From NCBI RefSeq assembly GCF_009914755.1, contig NC_060936.1: a DNA stretch of 64,000 nt. One strand, given 5' to 3'. The number at the start of each line of letters is the position of its first letter. Within the stretch, counting starts at the first letter, position 1. The stretch is from the human T2T-CHM13v2.0 reference genome, Homo sapiens. The notes beneath the pieces were generated by a model, which ran no database searches, was not told the DNA's origin, and saw only the letters and a program-made list of their open reading frames with translations. Positions 44,270 to 59,827 of this stretch are shown one piece after another. Position numbers and translations under genes: made by a program.

Positions 44270-44870
44270 TCCAGTCACAGTCAGAATCAATCTAAAGTCC
44301 TTACCAAGCCCTACCAGCCCGGAACCATCCAGCCTTAGCCACTTTCTTACTGTCTCTTTCACTGACTCTGCTTAAGCTACATGTCACTTTTGCATTTTTG
44401 TTCTTCCCTGAACACACTAAGCTTGCCTTACTTAGGGCTCTGGGACCTGCTGTTCTTATCCTTGTGGATGCATGGCATGACTCATTCACTTGTTTTTCAT
44501 GTCTCTGCTCAAATATCACTTCTTCATGGAGATCTTCTCTGACTACCTATCTAGAATATCACTCTCTGTCAGCTTGTCCCTTTACCTTCCTTTATTTTTC
44601 TTCATTATACCTATTATCTATCATAATTTATATGTGGTTAAAGCCTGTCTGCCCCCGTTGAACAATAAGCTTTTTGCTAATTGCTCTATTCTCAGAGGGT
44701 CAAACAATTCTTGGCATACAATAGGTGTTTCATAAATATTCTTTGAATGAATTCCCATTTTACAGAAGAGGAGACCTGAGGCAAAGAATGATTAAGTGAC
44801 TTATCCAGGTTTACACAGTGAGTGGCAGAGCTGGAGTCTGAATTCAGGTGGTCTGACATGGGAGCGTTTG
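44270..44870. mobile_element. L2 3' fragment (+) followed by MIR (-)
   Basis: ctcagggc/ctgctcaaatatcacttc-like L2 motifs, ending ataaatattctttgaatgaat; then cccattttacagaagaggagacctgaggc. Confidence 0.7.
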
Positions 44871-45589
44871 TTCTTCTGCAGGACACTGCACTGCTTCCCC
44901 AGCATAGCCAGCCTTTCTTCAAGCCTGTGTGTACCCCATCTGAAGAAAAACTGGTACTGCTGTTAGAAAAAGAAAAGAAAGAAACATGCTTAAGCATTTG
45001 CCTGTCCAAGAGAGGGATGTCCTGACCCACAAACACAACTGCCTGCCCGTGGGGCAGCAGACCCCTGTGGTGGAGACAGGTGGCAGAACAACAACAACAA
45101 AAAAAGACGTGGCTCAGCACCCTGCCTGTGAGATCCTGCAAGTAACTCCACCCACTCAGCCTGATTCTAAAACCATTCGTCCCGCTGCTTCCCAACCTGC
45201 AAATATACGCAATGCTCTCAAAATTACCCCCTCTCTACTCTACACCTGGATATTATCGAGACAGTCGTGGGATTTTTAAGTACCACAGGGGCTAGTTTTT
45301 ACTCTTGTTCCATTTTCCTCATCCTTTTTTTCCTTTTTCTCCCTTCTGTTTCTTTTTTTTCTTTTCTCTTCTCTCCTTACAGTTTAACAAACAAATCCAT
45401 TCAATGATAATTTTACACATTTAAACATATTAAATACAGAAATAACAGAAAGTGTTAACTTGTTAATAGTTCCGCTTTAGGCCACCAGAGAGGGAGGTTG
45501 ATGGCTTTGTGTCACGGGGCCCTTTTGCCACCAGCCTAGGGTTAGGGTCTCTGTCATTTTCTCTCATGCTGTGCTGTGTTGTAGCTCCC

Positions 45590-45910
45590 TGTGAGTCTCC
45601 ATGGTGTAGTGAAATGAGCAAGGCTCTGCTGTAAGACAAGTCTGGGCTCAAGTGCTGGCCTACCTCTTATTGGGGTGTCCTTTACCAGCTTTCTTACCTT
45701 TCTCAGCCTCTGATCAAAGCTCACTGCAGCCTCAACCTTCTGGGGACAAGCGAGCCTCCCGCCTCAGCCTCCCAAAGTGCTAGGACTACAGGCATAAGTG
45801 ACTATGCCTGGCCCAAGCCTGTTTTCTTATCTGTAAAATTGGAACAACAACAAAAAAGTATTCTTTGTAGAGTTGTGTGAGAATTAGAGATAATGTATGT
45901 AAAAAATCTG
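45590..45910 (+). mobile_element. MIR containing a short minus-strand Alu fragment (45713-45814)
   Basis: MIR core ttcttatctgtaaaattgg...gttgtgtgagaattagagataatgtatgtaaa; Alu piece cctcagcctcccaaagtgctaggactacaggc. Confidence 0.7.
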
Positions 45911-46065
45911 ACACCAGTAATGAAACACAGTAAAACTACAAAAGGAAAGCAAGTTTTTCCTCTGTTTTCCCTACATTAAAACATAATAACATTAAATGAT
46001 TATTCTGACTGTATGTGGAATCAATTTGCACAATTCATTTTCTGTACATATATCTTACCTATTAG

Positions 46066-46375
<310 letters not shown>

Positions 46376-47191
46376 TGAACTACTTTAAAAAATCTTTGTT
46401 CAAGTACCTGTTGCAAGATATTTTCATTCAAATGTGATATAAATTAACACTCTATTTTGTTCTATATCTAAAAGTTTTCTAAAAGCTAAGACTTTTATAA
46501 AGATAAAATAGATCTTTTGTCTGAATTTAAATTTAATCACATAATACTGTGCTATTATAGTCCATTTATATTTAGACTGATATGTCTTCTCCAATATGGA
46601 AGGCAAATTGTATGAGGAGCTATCCTATTCTAATTATATGACTTCAGTGTCTTCTATAACAATTTTTAGTTGTTAACACTCAGAACTTACTGGGGTGCAG
46701 GGAAATGGGTGCTCTTAAACATTCTAATGGAAGTTAAATTGAAGCAGTCTTCTTGAGAGCTACTTGGCTTACAGAGTTCTTTAAAAGTTCACACCCTTGA
46801 TTCCAATAATTCCACTTATACGAATCTGTTCTAAGAAAATAAGGTGTACGTAAGCTATTATTGAATAAGGATGTTTACTAAAACATCACTTTAAAATAGA
46901 CAAAAATAGTAAACCTCCTGAATGCTCAACAATAGAAGAATGATTAAGATAAATTATTAGCTCCTGAAAAGTCATTTTGGGCTTAATGGCACTGGAATAT
47001 TTTGGGATATAATTATAATTTTAAAAAGCAGAAAAATGTATAATAATATAATATATAACAAAATATAAAACAATATATAACAATATAAGCATATAATACA
47101 TATAAAGTAGTATAAAAATAATTAATATGCTGCAATCCCAGTTTTGTGAAGGAAACCCTTTATTTATAGATGCATAGAAAAAAGAATGAAA

Positions 47192-47463
47192 GGTCGGGCA
47201 TGGTGGCTCACACCTGTAATCTCAGCACTTTGGGAGGTGGAGGCGGGCAAATTGCCTGAGCCCAGGATACATGGCAAAACCCTGTCTCTACAAAAAATAC
47301 TAAAGTTAACCAGGAGTGGTGGCACATGCCTATAGCCCCAGCTACTCGAGAGGCTGAGGTGGGTGGATCACCAGGAAATCAAGGCTGCAGTAAGCCAAGA
47401 TTTCTTCACTGCACTGCAGCCAGGGCATCAGGTGAGACCCTATCTCAAAAAAAAAAAAAAAAA
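47192..47463 (+). mobile_element. AluJ-like with internal deletions, inside an old L1ME 3' remnant (~46690-47560)
   Basis: Alu consensus with poly(A); L1 flanks (ttgattccaataattccactt; gatgcatagaaaaaag). Confidence 0.85.
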
Positions 47464-48614
47464 GACAACATATATAGGAAAATGTTAATGTTGAGGGCAG
47501 TAGGAATTTTATTTTCTTCTCTGCAATTTTCTGTATTTTGTACTGTGATGAAAATATGTTATTTTGATAACCAAGAAAATCATTATAAAACAAGGAAAAT
47601 AAATTTAAGGGATTTAATTTCACCCTTAACTGTAGACTTCAAAGCACCAATCAGCAGGTTGGAGCACCCCACAAGCAAATGGTAAGCTATATGTAAGTCC
47701 CACACTCACTGTAGGTGCTTCCAGTCACATCTTTCTGGTGCCTAACCCTAACCAGTTCCTGCTGTTACCAAGTGTGAGGCAAGAAGAGAAAGGCAGGAGT
47801 GCCCATGGAGTGAGTGCCAGCCTCTTCCAGGCTCAGTGCCCAAGAACTATCCCTCACCATGCACACTCCACTGAATGGTCTGCTTTCAAATTTTCACTCA
47901 CTCTTTCCTTACACTTTCCACTTCCCTGGGAGGCACTAGTGTCAGGCAACTGTACTAGGCACTGGAAATATGCAGATATATGTTTTGCCTTCCTGGACTT
48001 CTGGCGGGAAAAAGAGAAGAAACAATAAACCAACATGCCAGCTGCCACAAAGAGCTGCAAGGGCACAGACACCTTAGCCCAGACTGATTACCAGGACAGG
48101 CTTCTTGGATGAGTTGATGTGTATTCCATAATTATTCCAAATACACACGTATCTGTGGCCCCTGTGGTGCCACAACTTAGCTTCAAAATTCTTTTACTTG
48201 TTCTTAGTCAATTCCATCTCCCATTCTGCTCAGGGAGTTCCAAACCTCCCCCACTTTCCTCACCTAGCTCACAACCTCCTCCCCTCAGCAGCCAAGCTCA
48301 CCCTTCCAGAAAAACTCGCAGTCTTCTTTTTTGTGTGCCAATCAGAATGACATAATTGCCATTTTTCCATTTTTCCCTTCACTACCAGGAAACTCAGTGT
48401 CAAAATTAGAGCTCAATTGCTATTTTATCCCAGATTCTCTGGAATAAAATCTCTCCTAAAAGATTTGCAATTTTTAACAAAGATAACACAATTTCATTAT
48501 CAAGACTAGGGCCATCATATATCAACTACTTCAACTCTTTCCTAACCCTACTTTTCTATTTCTGTACCTTCTTTCCTTCCTTCCTACCCTCCGGTCTCAG
48601 AGGAATTAACTCAC

Positions 48615-48922
48615 TTATTTATTTATTTATTTTTGATATGGAGTCTTGCTCTGTCGCCCAGGATGGAGGGCAGTGGTGCGATCTCAGCTCACTGCAATCT
48701 CCGATTCCTGGGTTCAAGGGATTCTCCTGGCTCAGCCTCCTGAGTAACTGGGATTACAGTGCCTGCCACTATGCCTGGCTAATTTTTATATATTTTTTTT
48801 TTAGCAGAGACGGGGTTTCACCATGTTGGCCAGGCTGGTCTCGAACTCCTGACCTCAAGTGATTCGCTTGCCTCAGCCTCCCAAAGTGATGGGATTACAG
48901 GCATGAGTCACCACGCCTGGCC
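48615..48922 (-). mobile_element. AluS-like
   Basis: Reverse Alu; TSD ggaattaactca at 48602-48613 and 48923-48934. Confidence 0.95.
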
Positions 48923-49294
48923 GGAATTAACTCAAATTTGTAAGTACCGCAGGTGACCTCCAATGGAGTTTCTTGGCTTGACTTCCTTGCCTATCTATAA
49001 CCTTGCTATTTGCATAATTATTGTCTATAAACATGTGAATAACTCTGTCTAGTGGGCAGACAACCATTCTCTTCCCCACCCTAACCATTCCCATGGAAAA
49101 AGCCAGTTTTGCAGTTGTTTATTAAATTCCTTTCAACATTCCTTTACAATATATAAATTTATGGTTCTCTGATTTCAAATCCGTTGCACCATCTTTGCAA
49201 TTCCCTCACTAAATAATATACAATAATAATCTTTAACATGTCTTCTCTTTATTTCTATGAGAGTTATGATTTTCCTTTTTAAAAAATTGTTCTT

Positions 49295-49651
<357 letters not shown>

Positions 49652-50213
49652 CTATATTTTCTAGTTCCACTTTCTCACTTTCTATTTCAATTTTTAGTTA
49701 CCCACTGAAATCTATCTGTGCAGCTCATTCCCTGCAAACAAACCTCAATAGTGTACTGAAACCATTCTGGAAAGGGTCAAAAATAGCAAATACTTCTCTG
49801 TTTTATCTTTCTGTCATTTGCTGCATTTGGTACTATAAAATCTGAGTAATATACCAGCAGGAGAGACAAAGACTATCTCTCATGGCCTCATTTGTGCAAC
49901 CAAAATTATTCCAGCCACAGATGTTTCTGACCTGTTCCTGTTTCAGTGTTTTACGTGAATTCTTTCTTTTTGCTTTTTTTCTAAATCCTGGGGGAGGAAG
50001 CTGAAATTAAACAGTGCAGATGTCTGTGTAATCACAACCGTCTCTCTCTTTCTAAAGTTATAAAAGTGCCTCATCCTGATAGGGAGAACTTCCCAGTTAT
50101 GCAGCTGAACAACTTGAAGCTTTATATTTTCTAAAAATAATACCGTCTTTTCCCATAAAATCTTCCAACATTGTCCTTTATTAAAAACAAACAGACAAAA
50201 TACTTCCTTTAGG

Positions 50214-50476
50214 TTTTTTTTTTTTTCTTTTTGGACGGAGTCTTGCTCTGTCACCCAGGCTGGAGTGCAACGGTGTGATCTTGGCTCACTGCAACCTCCG
50301 TCTCCCGCGTTTGAGTGATTCTTCTGCCTCAGCCTCCTGAGTGGCTGGGATTACAGGCGTGCACCACCATGCCTGGCTAATTTTTGTACCTTTAGTAGAG
50401 ACGGGGTTTTACCACATTGGCCAGGCTGGTCTCGAACTCTTGACCTCAGGTGATCTGACTGCCTCATCCTCCCAAG
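50214..50476 (-). mobile_element. AluS-like, 5' truncated
   Basis: Reverse Alu ending at cctcccaa. Confidence 0.92.
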
Positions 50477-50479
50477 GTC

Positions 50480-51580
50480 TCAAATCTCTTCCCTATCTGT
50501 ACACACTCTTAGAGGATTTTATCTCATCTCAAGGCTTTAAATCTGGGCCCTATACTGAAGACTCCTAAATGCATATTCCAGCTCAGACCACTCTTGGAAC
50601 TCCAGATTTGCGTGACTGATTACTACTTAATATCTCCTTGGACATCTAAAACCACCTCAAACTCAAGATGTCTAAAATTGAGCTCCTGATCTTCTCCCAC
50701 CACCTCCTAAACTTCATTCCTTCCACAGATTTACCCATCTTAGCAAAAGGCAGCTTCCTTCATCTTTCTGTTTGCTCAGGTCAAAAGCTCTAGTCATCCT
50801 TCCTCCCCACCCCACCCCCTTCTCTTACTCATTATGTCCCATCCCTCAGCAAATTCTGTTGGCACTACTTCAAAATGTGTCCAGACTCCACTATTCTCAC
50901 CACTGCCACTACCACCACTCTGTTTCAAGCTGCCATTGTCTCTTGCTTGGATTGTGGCATCTTACGTGATTTCTTTACTTTTTACCCTTAACTTGAACTA
51001 TGTATTCTTAACATAGCAGCCAGAACAATTTTTATAGAACACAAGTCAGATTGTGTCCCTCTTTTGCTCAAAACCCTCCAATGACTACCCACCTCTTGCA
51101 CAGTTAAAGCCGGAGTCCCCAGAATGGCTTTAAGACGCTACAGAATCTGCCTCTATTTTCTGGCAGGGATCTGGACCTTATCTCCTACTTCTACTTCTTT
51201 ACCATTCCAGATCAGGGACTCAATTTTGGTCATGTTGAGTTTGATGTGCCTTTCAGATTTCCAAGGGCCTCCTTGCTCTTCCTTTAATACACTGAGCATG
51301 CTCTCACCTGGAGGTTTTTGTACTCCTGATCTCTCTACATGAAAGGTCATTTGCCTGGGTATCTGCAGGGCTTGCTTTCTTCCCTTCTTTCAGGCTTTTG
51401 TTCAAATATCACTTTCTCAGTGAAACCTGCCCTCACTACCTTGTATAAAATCACAACTGCCCCCAAGCCCTACACTCTGGCCCTCACTATCCGATTCTCT
51501 GCTGCTCATTTCTCCATAGCACTTGTCATTGCCTAACATTCTATGCATTTTACTTTTGTTTATTGCCTTTCCCCACAGAG
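50480..51580 (+). mobile_element. L2 (L2a-like) fragment
   Basis: tctcaaggctttaaat..ctgaagactcc; aacatagcagccagaacaatt..caagtcagattgtgtc; ttcaaatatcactttctcagtga. Confidence 0.8.
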
Positions 51581-51624
51581 AAGGCTATCTAAGCTGCAGA
51601 GTTGACCATATTCCTCCTCATTGA

Positions 51625-51870
51625 AAGGCAGCACAATGTCATGTTCATGATCCCAGGTTATGGAGTCTGACGGCCTGGGTCTGAGCCCTGGTTCCATCAC
51701 TTAACCTTTCCCTGCCTTTTAAAGTATAAATATAAAATAAGAATAAGTAAAATGAAGATAATAAAAGAATCTTTCTCATAGCCTTGAAGTAAGGACTAAA
51801 TATCACAGTGCATTTGAAGTGCTTAGAACAGTGCCTGACACATAGAAAGTGCTCAGTAACTGTTACCTAT
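51625..51870 (+). mobile_element. MIR SINE
   Basis: tggagtctgacggcctgggt...gtgcttagaacagtgcctgacacatagaaagtgctcagtaa. Confidence 0.8.
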
Positions 51871-51877
51871 TGTTGTA

Positions 51878-52304
51878 TGTACTGGGTACTGGGGTCTCTG
51901 TTCAAGACTCCCTCATCAAGCTTATTCCCCTATCCCAACTGCTGAGAATCTTAGCATTCCACCCTGGGAACTGCCCTTAGCATCAAATAACCACTTCAGA
52001 GAACAACTTTGCTTAAGCTCCAGTCCCTCTCAGGTAATGGCCAATAGTAAATGACTGGCTCATGCAAAGATACTAATACAAAGGTCCTGCCCCATTGCCT
52101 CAATCTGGGACAACTCTAAGGGTCATCTCACATCTCCTTTTAGAATGAGCTGAGGCTTCAGAGACAACTGCATTACAAGTCAGCTCCTCCTTCTGCCCAG
52201 TCCTGCCTTCCTTACAGATGTATCTCACAAGAACACTCCCCAGTAAGCTTGCTGCACACCACTTCCTGTCTCAGAGTCTGTTTCCAGGGAACCCAATCTA
52301 AGGC
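51878..52304 (+). mobile_element. ERVL LTR (LTR16-like)
   Basis: cccattgcctcaatctgggacaactct...ctccttctgcccagtcctgccttcc...tctcagagtctgtttccagggaacccaatctaaggca. Confidence 0.7.
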
Positions 52305-54725
52305 ACTGTATGAATCTCTCAATGATCCTTGCAGGATAATCATCTCAATCTTTAGGATAGTATATGAGGTTTTCATGAGCTGATCCCATTCTCTCCCTCT
52401 TTACCTTTAACTCTCACAATTCCCCATTTTGTACTTTTTCTGTAAGGCCCCCTCCATGGTGTTCACTGCCTTGATCAAGCATGTTATACATTTTACTTAT
52501 AATGTTATAATGTACTTATAATTTCTTCCTGGCCAGTTCTTCCTCATTCTTGCAGACTCAGCCCCTGTCTTCCAGAAAACCTAAATCCAGGCTTAATCCA
52601 GTCTGAAAGTCCCTCCTGTATACTCTTATAGCACTTTGTTTATATTTTTTAATCAAACCACTTACTATATTAAACTAAAATTATACAGAATATTATTAAT
52701 ATAGCAACAGTTTGATAGTTATTATAAGGAGGTCTACTAATTCAGCATATGAAGAATTACTTATAGTTTTACTGTAGTTTTGGGGAGAGGAAGGAAGAAG
52801 GATAAGGATCAAATTTGTTTATCAGCTACAAGTCTAATTTTTTTTTTAATTAAAATGAAGTCTTGTACTGGTCTTAACCACAGGAATGTTTTGGCTTTTA
52901 GTATTACCAAACACTTTTCCCAAAGCAAAATAAAGTAGTTTCTAATGAGTGGATCTTGGAAATAAATACATCTTTGCCTGGTGTTGGTGGGGCCAGGGGG
53001 GTGTCAGATGATGAGATTCAGACCCCTGCTTTTGTGACAAGAATAAGGTGAGGACAATGTATGAGGATGCAGTCTTGATCACTGGTTTGGGCAAAAATGG
53101 GATGAATACTTACTGCTGACGTGCTATCTTCTTTCTCTTCTGATAATGCTCTAAAATAAAAAAAAACTCTGTGTCCTGTTCAGAAGATATGGTGAAGATC
53201 AAAGAAAAGGAGGCTAAGATTGTATCTTTTGCCAGCCCATCCAACCTAACAAAGAATGTACAAATGGTACTTTATTGCCTTGGTTTCAGGGGATGGGAGA
53301 TAGGGCAAGAATTTGGTAGTGCTTCCTTCTCTTTTCCTTTTTTATTCTCTTTTATTTTTCATTCTTTCTACATGTCTGGTATTAATTTGGTAATTTGGGT
53401 ACATAAGGAGGGATCGGCTTGAAGAGCTTCCCCCACCCTAATGCTCTGGCTCAAGGGCACTGCGGAACATTCAAGCAAAAATGTAGCCTACTCTGCTTTT
53501 TGCTCCAAATGACAAAATGCAGCTAACAGTAAGTTCCGATTTTATACATTTATAATCCAGGCACTGAGAAGTTGACTTAAATCTCATGGTCCCTAGTCCA
53601 CTGGCCCATGGGCCAGGTGCCCACCTCTGGTCCAGTCAACTATGGCTAGGGCATTGAGTCATGGAGTATTTATGGGGCAGCTCCCACTGTCATAACATGG
53701 AAGTCAGAAGAAACAATTCCTGAAATAAAGGGACAAGGATCAGAGAATGTATTGTTAGAATTGTTCTTGCAGAAAATGTTTGAGATTTTTCCACAATGTT
53801 TACCAGATACGAGTTAAAATGGGAAGATTTACACATATCAGCCCTGTGTATTTCTGCTTTCTCAAAGAGACTCCATATTTTGAATATTCAAAGAGACTGT
53901 TACTTCTTGCATATTTTATTTACATGGCAAGTCTTGCCCTCTGAGAAGGAATACGTGACTTGGTGAGTTAGTGGGATAGGGGGTTGTTTTTGTTTCATCA
54001 CTCTATGTTTAGATTAGGAGAAAGCTTCACCTACATCAGGAACGCGTGCTTTGGCAGTTGACATTTCTGTGTCTTTCTGCTGATTAATGAACTTTCATTA
54101 TCTGAATTTTTGGTAAATGTAAATTATAATTTACTAATGTCTTTATGAATACACCCAATTAATGCCTAAGCCAGCCTGGCAAGTAGTACAGAAGCATCAC
54201 AACCATAAGTAAAACCAAAAGTTAAAACAGCCAGGTTGCTGCTCTCCTGCCAGGAAGTTCATAGAAAATAAAATAGAATGATTTATTTCATCTTGCTCAA
54301 CGTGAGCTTGTGTATTCTTCCCTAAAGAGTGCCAGACTGGGAGTTGTAATTGTTTATAATCTAAGTAGCTGCTAACTAGCTGTGACACTAGACCAGTCAC
54401 ACCAGTCACAATTGCTCTGGCTTCAGTTTTCCCATCTGTGAAATAAACTGATTAGAACAGATGTTTAAGGGTCCGCCCAGCTTCAGAAATCTCATTCCAC
54501 TAATTGTGAGTTTCAGAGAGGCTCTTTGCCAGAGAATAGTTATTTGCAGGATGAACATCTATTATAAAAGCAGAAGAAAAAGTAGTAAAGAATATTTAAC
54601 TCTCCAAAATACAACCAGGCAAACTTAACAAGGCAAAACTCAGTTTATCAGAAGTCACTGCAGTCAGGGAGTAGAGCATCTTGACAGAATCAAGGAAGAG
54701 GAATCAGAGAATTGTATAGGATTTA

Positions 54726-55090
<365 letters not shown>

Positions 55091-55529
55091 AAACACCAAA
55101 CTGGGGAACAGATCAGGATTGGGCAAGTTTATGAAATAATAGTTTAGGGTTGGTAGGCATAGTGAGATGAAACTTTTGAAGTGACTCTTGATATATAAAC
55201 CATGGTTTGATAAGGGAACTTTATCCAGGTAAGCAGGCTTCTCTCAGATGATCTGATTTGCAGGGATTTCCTGAAGCAAACAGTGAAGTTATTTATTGGT
55301 TTATGGTCTTATCTTCTCTGGACAAATTTTCCTGGAACAAATAACTAAGTTATGTTGACAGAGGTGGTCTCGGTTCTTAGGCCTTATAGTTATATCATAT
55401 TGATGCGGGTGGCTGCAGTTCTCATGAATTTTGAGTTAATATATAGAAGATAATAGCCTGTAGCTATTATAGAAATAGAAGAAAATAGCCTGTAGCAGAA
55501 AAGTGTTTGATGAAAGTGACACTTCTGGC

Positions 55530-56280
55530 CTATTTTGAGTTCCATACTCAAATATTCTACTTTCTGCTCGATATCTTTTCTTGGATGTATTATATATTTA
55601 TCAGATTACAAATGGAACAAATAACAAATTCTAAAGAGAACTCCCTCGATATTCTCCATCTCAGTAAACAGTACCACCATCCACCCAGCTATTTAAATCA
55701 AAAACCTAGGAGCGGCTCTTTCCTCATACCCCCACATGCCATAACAAGTCTTATTGGTTGGACCTCCAAAATATATATCCAACTCAACCACTTAACATCT
55801 TCAACGTTAAAACCCTAGTTCAAGCCATCATTATCTCTTGTCCAGGCACAGAGTCATTATATTATGATATTCCACACTGCTCTTTATTTTTCTAGAATAT
55901 GCATCTTTATTTCCATATCAAGGCTCTTGTGTTTGTCTACCCTGTCTAGGTCACTGTTCCTCTAGATCTTCCTGTGGCTCCTCCTCATTGTTAAAAATGC
56001 ATCATTGAAATCCTTTATTGAATCACCCTAACTAAAGTTGACATCTCTCCCCTGTCACTTTATCCCATTGCCACATTTTAGATATTTTAGAGTAGCTAGC
56101 AATTTCTGAAGCTATATTATTCTTAACTTTGCCTCCTTGTTTCATGTTTGTCTCTGCTCAGCAAATATAAACTCCATGAGGGGACAGAGCTCACCTGCCA
56201 TATAAGAGATGCTGTATCCCCACTGCCTTGAACAGAAGCTGGCACATAGTAGATTCTCAGGAAATAATTGAATGAATAGA
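55530..56280 (+). mobile_element. L2 fragments
   Basis: catctcagtaaacagtaccaccatccacccag; ctagttcaagccatcattatctc; ggcacatagtagattctcagg..tgaatgaat. Confidence 0.7.
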
Positions 56281-57064
56281 TGGATGAAAGTATGGGTGAG
56301 CATATGAATTATTTAAAAAGTAATAGCCAAAGATGCTAAGTATATAATCTCTCCAATCTCGTTAATGGCTTAACTTGCTTATCTCATCATTTAAATTATA
56401 TTAAATGCCACCTCTCATCCAGTGAATCCCAATGTTAAGTAATGAGATTCTTTTCATGATGAAATTGAGTGCTATCAAATTCATAATATGTATTTTTATG
56501 GAACTACTCAAAGAGGCAGGAAAAGGAGAATGGTTAGTTATGAGAGATTCTGGGAACATCTGAATGTTTAACTGTAATGAGTGGTTTAGAGCTAAGACCA
56601 AAATCACTAGGATAGCTTGCCTTAAAATTTAAGAACCTCTCTGACTTAATAGTATTTATTTGTTTATTTACACAGACACTAAATGTTAAAATAACTTTCT
56701 GGGGGTTCACATGTACATTTAAAATACCATTTTAAAATCTCAGAATGTAAATTGAATTTTAGTAGTTAAAATAAAATATGCAAAGTTTTATATGCACTCT
56801 ACTCGTGCAACTTAAAGAGAGTTGGTTTTCACCTGCTGAGGGGCTCCCCCAGACAGTACTCTGGGATGTAGCCCTTGGCTGTGGTCTAACGTCATAGAGT
56901 TTCATAAATCAAGAAAGCATAGTGCCACAGTGCCAGAAAGTGAATACTAGTGAAGGTAAATCTCAGAGAGCTGATGGAGAATTTGGGAAGCCTGTCAATT
57001 TCATATAAGTTTCAATAGATTGAGAGTATATTTTTCACACTATAGAACTAGGCCAGAAAATTCT

Positions 57065-57760
57065 TAATAAATATTTATTGAGCACCTAGTACCTTCCAGA
57101 CACTGAACTGGCAATGAGAACATTAGTATTTTTTTTTAAGTCATAGTCCTTGCCCTTTGGGTTTGCATTGTTAAGTGATCATACATTTGGGGACCTAAAC
57201 AGGGTCTAAATCACCTAGGGCTTCATGTCTTAACATTTGAAGTTTGAAATTGATTCTGAGAGCAATAAGAAGCTGTTGAAGGATTTAAGCAGCAGAGTAG
57301 CAGAGTGACATGATTTGATTTTCATTTTACAAAGCATAGTCGCTCTGTTGGAATTTTAGAGTGTGAGATTCCACCAACGTGGGAGGTTGGTAGTGGAGGT
57401 CAGAGGCAAATAAACTGTAAACCATTTAGAAGACTATTGTCATAAACCAAGTCAAGAGATGATGGTGTCCGGAATTAAGAGAGTTACAATAGAGTGATAC
57501 AACCATGGAAATACTAAGATTGAGAATTTATAGAACCCAGTGAATACTTTCATTTTGTTATATTATTTTTTTAGAGACAGAATTTCACTCTGTTGCCCAA
57601 ACTGGCCTTGAACTCCTGGGTACAGGTGATCCTCCTGCCTCAGCCTCCCAGGTAGCTAGGACTGCATCCTGACTTCCAGTGAATTATTTGATAAAAGGGG
57701 GTACATAGCCAGGGAGAAGGAGTCAAGATTGAAGGCTGGTTTGGCAGAGAAAAGAAGAAG
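57065..57760 (-). mobile_element. L2 fragments with a short Alu monomer fragment (57562-57665)
   Basis: aaatatttattgagcaccta; gaaggatttaagcag..agtgacatgatttgatttt; caagagatgatggtg. Confidence 0.65.
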
Positions 57761-57830
57761 TTCATAAAAAGGATTTTGCCTTTTGTTTATTATTTTTGAA
57801 GCTTTACATACTATAGTTTTTGGAGGTAAC

Positions 57831-58125
57831 TTTTTTTTTTTTTTAGATGGAGTTTTGCTGTTGTCACCCAGGCTAGAGTGAAGTGGCATGATCTCGGCTC
57901 ACTGCAACCTCTGCCTCCCAGGTTCAAGCGATTCTCCTGCCTCAGCGTCCTCAATAGCTAAGATTACAGGGGTGCACCACCACGCCTGACGAATTTTGTA
58001 TTTTTAATAGAGACGGGGTTTCACCATGTTGGCCAGGCTGGTCTTGAACTCCTGATCTCAGGTGATCCGCCCACCTCAGCCTCCCAAAGTGCTGAGATTA
58101 CAGGTGTGAGCCACTGCACCCCACC
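57831..58125 (-). mobile_element. AluS-like
   Basis: Reverse Alu consensus. Confidence 0.95.
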
Positions 58126-59827
58126 TGAAGTTAATAGTTATTACAAACAAGCATTTAAAAGAAATTGTTACTGTATTAATTTCTTCCAAAAAAATTTAGT
58201 GCTGTAAATTATGCTTGTGGTTAGAAATCAGCAAATAGCAAGAAGGGAACTACTGTTTATTACAAATTTCCTTATGGTTCCACTTTTTAACATTTTAAGT
58301 GAGTTAATTAATATATTTAACAACAAGACTGGTAAAAATACCCATACTTCACATGTGTACACTGAGCAAACTCTGTGTGGTTGGCAAATGTATAGTTCCC
58401 AAGTTTTAAAAGGATGCTCTGCATGTGAACTCAGTGGTAGCAGTGATAAGACCACCCACATTGGTTTTATACAGACAAACTAAATTATCCATATTAGAAA
58501 TGTTCTAACCATAAACTTTTCTAATTGTTATGTTCTAAAAAAGCACCCTTCAATTAGACAAATAATTGCATTCAGTCAATTCTTTCAAATGTCATCTATA
58601 CAGCAATTTAAATAGTCTCTGAAATTAAAAAAAATTATGACTCTTCTTTTATAAAAAGCAAATAAGGGAAACAGACCTTTCTATTTTATCCATAGGTATA
58701 AAAGAGTGATCATTATTACTGTGTTAAATATTTCTCAGTGGACCTTCTACACCAAGACATGATTACTCAAAATAAACCCATGGTTGCGTGTACTTACATT
58801 TTGAGCAGAGTTTTTACAGTTTCTGAATTATTTCAATTGGTATTTTATAATGCAATTACTTTATAAGCCTTTGCTCATTAAAAAGATTTTCTAAGTAAAT
58901 ATTCAGATATTTATGTAATTTGTGTATAGGCAATACATTAGGGTAGTCATGAAGTGAAGCTCATAAACTTAGAAATATGATTGTCAGATAGGTATAAATG
59001 TATGAACTGTATAAGAAATGGGTGCACTTATACATATGCAAAATAAGCTTTAAAAGACTGTCTCATTGCCTGAGGAAGCCATGGCTATGGTCTAATTGAT
59101 TACGTTAATATTTTCAAAAGATAAGAATTAATAAACATACAAAAACATGATAATAAAGGTGAGCCTTATCCCTAATATTTAGTTTGTCTCAGTCCATGGA
59201 CAGTGGGAGCCTGACAAAGACTGTCCTGTTGGGCAGCTCCGGAATTTCCTGTGGGAGGGACTTATGGGGAGACAATCTCCGCACCAGGAGGAGCTAGAAG
59301 CCTGTCTTGAAACTGCATTTGCAAATAGGCACACTGTTTTTATTTCAATCTCGCTGTTATTTGGGTTACTTTAGGGGTGTTGAAGGAGATTTGGAAGAGG
59401 CCAAAGTGCTATCAGGCCATCTTTTGGTGCTACCATTGGCTAACCCTCTATTGTATTACAGAGCTGCAGCTCTTAGGTCTTAGGATATACTGGGAGCACT
59501 GGGATTTAGAAGAATGTGTCTCTCCAAGATCTTTTTGGATAATTTTTAAAAAGGAAAAAAAGAATTTTCCTTGGTTTACCATACCTGCTATAACATTTAT
59601 TGGCATGGCACTTTCATAATATTATCCTACCTATCTGTATTTTAGTTTGCTCCTCTGCAAATGAGTATAATCATAACTTGATGAAAGGTTTAGTTTTGAG
59701 GATCCAGACTGAATGTCTAAAATGTCTAGTACATAGCAAGCAATACAAAAAGATAGCTATTATTAAAATACCTCAATAGATTAAACACTTAAGTCGTTTT
59801 GTCAGTCAATAAATATTTCTTGAATAC

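Noticed and set aside
55443-55496. 22-bp direct repeat atagaaga(t/a)aatagcctgtagc
   Set aside because: Simple local duplication with no further structure.
59230-59330. NF-kB-like GGAATTTCC and palindromic ATTTGCAAAT
   Set aside because: Isolated short motifs expected by chance; no supporting context.
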